From: Fonticula alba ATCC 38817
Lineage: Eukaryota > Protista > Nucleariida
Strand: one strand, 5' to 3'
DNA length: 26,442 nucleotides
NCBI GenBank assembly: GCA_000388065.2
Contig: KB932205.1
Positions 18,292 through 26,442 of the stretch are shown piece after piece (the stretch's first letter is position 1; every line of letters starts with the position of its first letter). Under the pieces are notes generated by a model that did not search any database, had not been told where the DNA came from, and saw nothing but the letters and a program-made list of their open reading frames with translations. Position numbers and translations under genes: made by a program.

Positions 18292-18379
18292 CCCCTCTTC
18301 CTCTCTTCCTCTCTTCTCCTCTTCTCCTCTTCCTCTCTTCCTCTCTTCCTCTCTTCCTCTCTTCCCCTCTTCCCCTCTT
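18292..18379 (+). repeat. 8-nt pyrimidine minisatellite (CCTCTCTT/CCCCTCTT/CTCCTCTT), 11 units
   Basis: Parsed directly from the sequence; a sister array lies at 20707-20802. Confidence 0.9.
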
Positions 18380-18902
18380 CCCCCCCCCCCCCCCCGGGCG
18401 CGCCACTTGAACCCATGCTGCCTTGCCAAATCGCCTCGCGCTGCCTTCCATTGCCCGGTTTCATGTCCGAGGGATTGTATTCCTCCCCCAGGGGCTTGTG
18501 CCCCGAGGGCGCGTCGGGCTCCGGCGCCCGATCCAACACCAGCAGGCAGGCCTCGGGCGGTCGGTCTAGGCGCCCGCACGCGCACAGGGCCCTCTTGTGC
18601 CACGAAACACGAGGCCCCTCCCCCGGGGGTCGCTTGCGGCCGCTGGTGAGATTGGCTTGGCATTCCTTTGGACGGCGTGTTGTTGCTCATGCCCGGCCCC
18701 GGGGGCCGGCGGTCGGGGGTAATTTCTTTTTTTCCGGCCCCGCCCTGATGTTGTGTGGCTGACCGCGTCTTTCCACAGCTCCTCTCGCCGCGCTGCCGCC
18801 GCCGCCCCGGCTCCGCCCTCTTCGCAATTCCACCCCTCCCGCTTGCTGCCCTCATCACCCTGCCCTCCCCCCCCCCACTCCCTGCCACCCGCCCGCCCGC
18901 CC

Positions 18903-18945
18903 GCACGCACATACACACACACACACATACATATATACATACACA
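18903..18945. repeat. Imperfect (CA)/(TA) microsatellite
   Basis: cgcacgcacatacacacacacacacatacatatatacatacac. Confidence 0.8.
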
Positions 18946-19077
18946 CGCGCGGCCGTTTGTATTCTCGTGCGCGTCTGCCCGAGCTGGCTGTGCGGGCTCC
19001 CCCCCCCCCCCCCCCCCCCCCCCTAAGAGTGGGCGGGCCGGGGGGGGGGATCCGGTGCGGATGCCCTCCCGCCGGCC

Positions 19078-19245
19078 GTACACGCTGGGCCTATCCTGTA
19101 CCTGATGGACACGACAGCCGGCATCGCGGCTTGGCGCCATTGCCAGGCCCACATTGTCACCATCAGTGCCCAGGCCATTGACTTCCGCCGGACCGTGGGT
19201 GTGGGTGAGGTCCTCACCTCCTCGGCCAAGATCGTCTTTGCTGGG
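19078..19245 (+). pseudogene. Isolated HotDog-fold acyl-CoA thioesterase fragment (ACOT7/YciA-like)
   Basis: VHAGPILYLMDTTAGIAAWRHCQAHIVTISAQAIDFRRTVGVGEVLTSSAKIVFAG matches the remembered family pattern VHGG-x4-LMD-x2-AGI-x-A-x-RHC-x3-IVT-x-S-x2-AI-x-F-x6-G-x-V without gaps. No clear start or splice boundaries; flanked by G/C homopolymers. Confidence 0.65.
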
Positions 19246-19287
19246 GGGCTGGGGGTTGCCGCCCCCCCCCCCCCCCCCCCTGCGCTC

Positions 19288-22200
19288 ATGCACCGTGCTG
19301 GCGGCCTGCGACGCGGCCCGGCGCACCCGGTCGCCATTTGGGTGCTCGTCAATGCCCTGGTTCTGGCCATTGGCTGGCTAGGCCCGGTCGTCAGTGCCGA
19401 TGAATACCTCTACCAGCTGCCCTGGAGCATGGCAGACTCCAGCAGCCCGATGGAAATTGGCCATCCCATCCAGGGGGACGTCAGCGCTGCCACGCAATTT
19501 TGGGCCCACCACATGCTCTGGGTCTACAAGCAGGAGGCCGACTTGGGGACATTCACCGAAACCCGCCTCGGGCCAATCTTCTCGGCCACTCCAAGACACC
19601 GACTGCAGCCCAACGTCTTCTCGGACGCCATGCAGCCCGCGCTCTTGCCCTCCCAGTCCCAGCTTCCTGGGGCCATTTTCCAGCAAAGCGACAGGCTGAT
19701 TGTCTGGCAGCAGAGCTCTGAGCCGGTAGACCTGGTCTTGGATTCCGTCAGTCGGCTTCTGGCATCGGTCGCTCGCGCGGACTCCTCCAGCGTCCACCTG
19801 CTTCTTGAGAGCACTGGCCTTGCTCTGACCCTTGTGGTGGCGGATGGCACCGCTCCTGTGACGCCCATCTCGATGTCGCTTCCGCTCACACTTGACCCGA
19901 CCCACCCGTTGTCCGTGGTGACCGACGGCACGGGGGATCGCTTTTTCCTGGGGATCTCCTCCGGCGTGTTGGTCGCCACGGTTTCCCCGCTGAAGGAGGT
20001 CATTCAGGTGTCCCAATTCTCGGAGCCCGTGGAGCGGCTCCTCTCCACGCGTCTTACATCGGTCAATCAGTTGGATCTGGTGGTACTGTCGCAGGGTGGC
20101 CAGCTGGACATCTGCTTGGACATGCAGTCTGACCACACCTGCGCGACAACCGTGACCGGCCCACTGCCCGAGTCGGCCACCCCGGCCAACGTGCACTTTC
20201 TCAACCTCCCGCCGGCGGAGAGCCTCCAGCCGGCTGGGCGCCTACTTTTGGTCGATCGGGCCACCCAGCGCCTTTGGGCAACGCACCAACTGGTCTCGGG
20301 AGCCGCGCTCACTTGGACTCGCATCCACCTGCCCAACTTTTTTGGGGACTGGGCCAATCTGCGACTGTTACACCTGCGGGTGCCTCCCTCGCCGGCGGGG
20401 TCCCACCGCCTGGTTGTGGCCACCAAGATGGACATTTTCCTCGACCACCAGGCCATGGGGTGCGGCGTCGACCCAACCATCATGTGTGGACCGACGTACA
20501 ATCATATGTATGATCTCCTCCCTCGAGGCTGGGGATGCACCACGTTCAACTTCCTCAGCCCACTTCATCCCTCTGGGCGCCTGTGTGCCGGTTGTCAGCC
20601 TGGTCATACCACTGCGATGGTTGGGGCAACGCAAGGTGCATTTGTCCTGCCACCTGCCCCCCTTCCTCTCTCTGCCTCTCTGCCTCTCTGCCTCTCTGCC
20701 TTTCTTCCCCTCTTCCTCTCTTCCTCTCTTCTCCTCTTCCCCTCTTCCTCTCTTCCTCTCTTCCTCTCTTCCTCTCTTCCTCTCTTCCCCTCTTCCCCTC
20801 TTCCCCATCATTTTCTCTTGCTCCACGCCTCCCGCACATATCCAACATGCTCCCTAGCACCCCCCTCAGTCTGACCTCCAATCCCAGCCCCCCCGTGCCA
20901 GCCCTGTGTAATTGCCGGATGTCACTCTTGTACCACATCACATTGCCTGGTTTGCAATCATGATCTACTGTTGGTGGAGAACCCCACCAGTGGTGAAACC
21001 TCATGCGTGGCGTCCTGCCCTCCGGGCTTCCGCCAGCACGGGCAGGCGTGCTTCCCCGTGCTGAGCAGCCGGAAGCTGGGCCTGGATGTCGTGTTGGACC
21101 CGATCCGCGAGCTCGACGGCACTTCTAACAACTCAATCGCCGGCCTGGCCCGAACGTACCTGACCTTGGAGAATTCCTCGCTGACCCTGACCCGGGCAAT
21201 GGTCACCGCCCGGGACCCGACTTCCCTGCTGGCTCTCCTCCCCGAGCGAAGCACCATGGCGATCATTCACAATGGCCTCGGGGACCATGCCAACACCAGG
21301 GCCCTCGTCCTGACGAGTAATCCCCCCGCTGGCAGGAAATTGACCTCCCTCCTGGAGATGGGTCTCACCGTCCTCCCTGACGGCCATGTGCAACTGCAGT
21401 GGTTCTTTTGCCAGGCTGATGGCTCCCTGTTCTCCATGGTCCTCGGCTGTGACCTCCCACCCGGCGGGGGGGACAGCTGCGAGCCGTCCTTCTCCCAGCC
21501 AGCCTCCATCACACTTCAGGGTGCCTGCCAGCAGATTCATCCCTTGGACGAGTCCCATGCCGTGGTGCAGACATCCGGCGGGAGTTTGCTCATCGGGCTG
21601 CGCCTGCAGGGGGCCGCCTATGTTACCCGCGAGATCCCGGCCACCATCGGGTCGCCTGTGCTCCTTCCTCCCCTGGCGCAGGACTCCCGCGGGCCGTGGC
21701 TGCTGTCCGGATTCCTGAATAGCAGTCAGCTCCACCTGATGGGGCTGGTATTTGATGCCGATCCGCGTCTTCGGTCTCTGCCGGGACCGGCTCTGGGCCT
21801 GAATCCCTTTGATCAAGGCGGCCGGCCTGTCATCCTGCCCACCGGTCGCCCTTTGCACCCGGTCGAGGGGCTGTTCAGCTGGCTGGAAGATGGGCCCCTT
21901 GGCCGGGGGACTGTCAACTGGATGGCTCGCGTGGCCCCCTTGGGCCGAGCCGCCCAGGGCCTCACCGACAACCAAGCCAGCACCACCCTGCACTTGGCCG
22001 GCTTATCGGCCGAGGATGGGTCCCGGCTGGCAGACCAGATCCCCCATGTGCTGGTTGGCTTGTCGCTTGCCGGGCTGGCTGCCTCGGGGTTTCCGGCTGC
22101 GCTGCTGCTGCTCACTGACAAGGAGGCCGGGGTGGCTTTGTTGCACTGCCCCCCGGAGGTGGACCACTGCCGTCTGCAGCCGGGGCAAATGTTCCCCCTG

Positions 22201-25200
22201 CCCTCGGGCCTGTTGTGGAACCCGCCCAAGCTGCAGGTGTCGCTGGTGCCCCCTGCCCGGCAGGCGCCGGAAGCCGTGGATCCAGTGCAGGCCGGCTGGA
22301 CCCTGGCCGCATCCTTCATGGTGACGGGCATGACCACATTCGATGAGCGTTATCACCCGCTGCGGCTGTCCATCCGGGCCTCCCCCTGTGACTGGGGCTC
22401 CTTCGGGCCCGAGTGCGAGCCGTGCCATGGGAAGTGCCTCGATTGCGATGGCCCGGGCCCGAGCGACTGCCTCCTCTGTCGGTACCACCTGCCGGCAGCC
22501 CCGGACACCTGCCTGGATGCATGCCCGACGGGGCTCTTCTCCATGGCCCCCGGCGCCCCGTGCGCCTGCCATCCGAGCTGTCAATCCTGCGCCCCGCCGG
22601 ACCTGGACCCGAACGGTGCATTCTACTGCCACGCTTGTGCATCGGGGTACGGCCTGCCGGTGGGCGTCCCCCGGCCCGAACTATGCCTTGCTTGTCATGC
22701 CAACTGCTCGGAATGCTCGGTCGCCGGCGACCCGGCCGCTTGCACACGCTGCCGGCCGGGGCTCCTGCTCCACGGCTCCCAATGTTTGGACGCCTGCCCG
22801 CCGGGGTTCTGGCCCGATGACCAGGACACCTGCCAGCTCTGCACGGCCCACTGCCAGTCCTGCCTCGGGCCGACCGCCTGCGAGACATGCGCGCCGCAGT
22901 ACTTCCTCCTCGGCGACCTGTGCGCCCGGTGCGACGGGACCTGCGCCGCCTGCGACCGGGCCGATGCCTGCCTCGCCTGCCAGCCGGGGCTCATCTTCCT
23001 GCAGACCGACCCCCAGGCCGGGTCCCTGTGCGGCAGCATGTGCGCCCCGGGCGAGTACGCCGGGCCGGCCCGCTGCACGGGCTGCCACGCCTCGTGCAGC
23101 CTATGCGCCGGGGCCGCCCACCAGTGTCAGGTGTGCGCCGCGGGCCACCGGTGGTCCGGGGCCGCGCCGGCGCCCGGGGCCACCGGCACATGCGTCGCCT
23201 GCCCGCCCAGCTGCACCGGCTGCACCCCGAGCAAGTGCCTCGGCTGCGAGGAGGGCCTCTTCCTGACGCACGGGGGCGCATGTGTCGGCGGCTGCCCGGG
23301 GGGCACCTTCGGCGACGCCGACACCGGGACCTGCCAGCTGTGCGATGTCAGCTGCCAGGAGTGCGCCGGGCCGACGGACGCCCACTGCTCGGCCTGCGCC
23401 CCGGGGCTGGACCCGGTCCCCGCGCCGGGGGGGCTGTGGACCTGCGCGCCGGCCTGCCCNNNNNNNNNNNNNNNNNNNNNNNNNNNNNNNNNNNNNNNNN
23501 NNNNNNNNNNNNNNNNNNNCCTGCGCCACCTGCACCGGGCCGCTGGACTCGCAGTGCATCACCTGCCCGGGAGACCGGGCGCTCCATGCGGGCGCCTGCC
23601 TGGCCGCCTGCCCGCCGGGCTACCACGCCCGGGCGGAGGCCGAGGCCGGCCGCGTGTGCCGGCCTTGCGATTCGTCCTGCGCCACCTGCTCCGACGCCTC
23701 GGCCACCGAGTGCACCGGGTGCATGGCGCCCAAGCTGCTGCATGACGGGGCGTGCGTGGGCGCCTGCCCCCCGGGCAGGCTCGCCTGCGGCGTGTCCGGC
23801 AAGTGCGAGGATTGCCCGGCCGGCTGCGCCGCCTGCGCCAGTGCCCTGGAGCAGCCCGGCGTCGGCTGCTTGGCTTCCTGCAGCAGCTGCGCCGGGGGGC
23901 TCGTTCTGTCGGCCAGGGATGGCCGGTGCGTGGCCGCCTGCCCGGCGGGGGAGTTCACGCCCGACGCGCGCGCCTGCGCCACATGCCATGCCTCGTGCCG
24001 GACATGCCACGCGGCGGCCGACCGGTGCACCTCCTGCCCGGACGCCCGGCAGTGGCTGCACGTGGACACCGGGGTGTGCCTGAGCGCCTGCCTGGCCGCC
24101 GGCCAGGCCCCGTCGCCGGTGGAGCCGGTGTGCCTGCTGTGTGGGAGCCGGTGCACCCGGTGCACGGCCGGGCCGGGCACGCCGGCCTGCGCCATCCTCC
24201 CGGACGGGTCGTTGGACTGCCCGCCGGCGGACCGGTGTGACCTGTGCGCCGGGGCGCACCTCCTGCACCGGGCCGAGTGCGTGCCCGAGTGTCCTGCCGG
24301 CTTCTTCGCGGACTGGCAGGCGGCGGTGCCCGGCTGCCGGGCATGCCACCCGGCGTGCGGCAAGTCCTGCTCCGGCCCGGACCCGGCGGACTGCACGAGG
24401 TCCCTGCCCAAGCAGCGCCTCGCCCTGGGCCTGGGCATCGGCCTCGGGGTGCTCTTCTGCCTGCTCGCCGCGGCCGGCATCGTGGTGTGGGTCCTTTTCC
24501 GGCGCTGGCGGCGCCGCACGCGCAAGCCCTCGGTATGTTTCGCGCCGCTCTCGCCTTTTGCGTGCTCGGCTCCCCCCCCCCCCCCCCCCCCCGGCTCCAC
24601 TAACCCGGTGTGCTCCTGCGCCGCGCCGGCAGGTCGACGGCTTTTCCGAAGAAAGTACGCATGCCCCCCACCCCGGGCCTCCCGGCCCTCGGCGCCTGTT
24701 GCGATGCCCGCGCACACACATGTACTCACCCCCGGCCGCCCCTGCCTAGACGCCACCGTGCTCAACACCATGGTCGAGCTGTCGCTCCCCGGGAGCATCC
24801 TGGTGAGCATCACGAATGACTTCGCCCCGCTGGACGAGCAGCTGGGCGCCGGGACCCAGGCGTCGGTGTTCGCGGCGCGCGCCGTCGGGGCCGGCATCTC
24901 CGACCGGCTGGGCTGCCCGGCCACGGTGGCCATCAAGCAGCTGAAGGCCGCGCGCATGACGCCCACGCAGTTTTCCCTCTTCCAGAATGAGGTGGCACTG
25001 ATGTGGCTGCTGCGCGACGCGCCGAACGTCGTCCGGCTGTACGGCTACAGCGAGCAGCCGCCGGCCCTGGTGATGGAGCGCTACCAGACGGACCTGTCGA
25101 CGCTGCTGCACTCGGAGATCCCCCTCGCGGAGCCGGTGCTGCTCGGCATCGTCCTGCAGTGGGCCTCCGGGCTGGAGGCCATGCACCTCCAGGGCATCGC

Positions 25201-25814
25201 CCACTGCGACCTGAAGCCGGCCAACATCTTCCTCACCCGGCAGCCGGATGGCGCATGGTCGGCGGCCCTCGGCGACCTGGGCACCTCGCGCAGCCTCAAC
25301 ACCGACCGGTCCACGGCCCTCATCAACCAGGCGCCGGAGCTGAATGCCATGACCGCGCGGTATGCCGCGCCCGAGGTGCTGGTGGCCTTCCAGCGCCGGC
25401 GCCCGCTGGGCGCGGAGTCCCTCCTGGCGGCGGACATCTACAGCGCGGCCATCATGCTGTGGGAGTGCCTGACTCGATCGGTCCCCTGGAAGGGTGTGTA
25501 CACTTCGCTGCTCGGGGCGCCTTGCCCGGGCCCCCCCTGCTGGGGCTCTGTCTTGACGGGGTACTTACATCAGAATGCCCCCCCCCCCCCCCCCCCGTTG
25601 CCTCCCTTCCCGATGCCCAGGCCTGGGCTTCGACGAAATTATCGCCGCTGTCCTGGCCGACCGGCGCCCGGACCAGGCGGCCTTGGCCTCCGGCGGCAGC
25701 CGGATCCCCCTTGCGACGGACCTCCTGGGCCTGGCATGGGACTCGAGGCCGCACGCCCGGCCGATGGCCGCCGCCTTCCGGCAAAAGTGCGCCGCCTGGC
25801 TGGCCCTCCTGTGA
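19288..25814 (+). CDS. RK3: receptor-like TKL Ser/Thr kinase. join(19288-20635,20888-[gap 23460-23519]-24532,24633-24654,24750-25493,25621-25814)
   Basis: Signal peptide MHRAGGLRRGPAHPVAIWVLVNALVLAIGWLGPVVSA. Phase-1 intron 20636-20887 at the shared position. TM LALGLGIGLGVLFCLLAAAGIVVWVLF followed by RRWRRR. 22-nt microexon VDGFSEE. Kinase motifs LGAGTQASVF, VAIK, FQNEV, HCDLKPAN, GDLG, YAAPE, ADIYSAAIMLWE. Splice phases are consistent; the frame offset occurs only at the N-gap. Confidence 0.85.
20707..20802 (+). repeat. 8-nt pyrimidine minisatellite, 12 units, in RK3 intron 1
   Basis: Same three unit variants as 18292-18379, preceded by CTCTCTGC-type units. Confidence 0.9.
22704..23614 (+). 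repeat. Near-identical direct repeat, copy 2 (RK3 stalk), interrupted by a gap
   Basis: Matches 13049-13804 before the gap and 14434-14528 after it. Confidence 0.92.
23460..23519. other. Assembly gap (60 N), probably ~629 nt in reality
   Basis: The flanks correspond to RK2 positions 13804 and 14434, which are separated by 629 nt. The reading frame shifts across the gap. Confidence 0.9.
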
Positions 25815-26150
25815 GGGGGTGCGCGGGGCCGCGGGGCCGCGGCTGGCCACCCTCTGCCACGGCGCCGGCCGCACTCCCTCCCGCTGCTTCGGCTTTCCCG
25901 CTGCCGGGCCCTGCGCCCTGGCCCGGGGATGTGCGGTCATTTTCCGGTGGCGCGCGCCCTGGCCGAGGTCCCTGCCGCCAGCACGGGCGCCCACTCGACC
26001 GCCCCCCTCTCTCCATGTTTATGTCTGCCCCTCGGCCGCCGTCCCAGCTGGCGTCAATCGCGACCGGGGGCAGCCCCCCCGCTGCCGGGCCACGGGGTTT
26101 TTTAATATATGGCTTGGGCACATGTGAACGCGCCAGGGGCTCTGGCGTCG

Positions 26151-26160
26151 GTGTGCGCGC

Positions 26161-26205
<45 letters not shown>
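26151..26205. repeat. (GC)10(GT)13 alternating purine-pyrimidine tract
   Basis: Perfect 55-nt alternation downstream of the RK3 stop. Confidence 0.9.
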
Positions 26206-26442
26206 AGGCCGCCCGGCATGCTGGTGGCCATCTCCCCGGCCGAGGCCCCCGGGGTGGGGTGGCGGGGGTGCGTGCCTGGCCGGCGGCTGCCGGCGCCGGC
26301 TCGGCCTGCTCGGGGGGCGGGCCCGGTGCGGGCGAGGCCGCGGGGCAGGGTATGGCCCTCGTGTGACCCGGGTCCCCTGCTCGGTGATGCCTCGGGGAGG
26401 GTTCTCCCGCTGGCGGGTCCCGGCCTTGGAGGCGGGCGGGGG

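Noticed and set aside
19105-20874. A genuine thioesterase-receptor fusion protein
   Set aside because: The frame depends on an unreliable poly-C length, the HotDog fold is incomplete, and it precedes a normal signal peptide. Kept only as an orphan fragment.

Overview
This is GC-rich, intron-containing eukaryotic genomic DNA from a draft assembly with four N-gaps. It is not prokaryotic. The window holds a head-to-tail array, all on the + strand, of three very large (~2,200 aa) single-pass receptor-like kinases: RK1 1259-9008 (gapped), RK2 9631-17233 (complete, 8 exons, 2,211 aa) and RK3 19288-25814 (one internal gap). All three share one layout: signal peptide, unclassified ~430-aa module A, a short Cys-rich link, unclassified ~440-aa module B, and a long furin-like/CXXC Cys-rich stalk. 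In RK2 and RK3 this continues into a TM helix and a TKL-type Ser/Thr kinase with a non-RD catalytic loop (HGD, HCD); in RK1 those parts fall in a gap. RK2 and RK3 share a ~1.5-kb, ~98% identical stalk segment, while their N-terminal modules are highly divergent. Two orphan coding fragments sit at homopolymer junctions: a kinase C-lobe inside RK1 intron 1, and a HotDog acyl-CoA thioesterase fragment just 5' of RK3. Composition, intron style and kinase motifs resemble, from memory only, the expanded TKL receptor-kinase family of Fonticula alba; this is unverified. The supplied ORF track omits the RK3 TM/kinase frame, apparently because that frame stays open to the end of the window.
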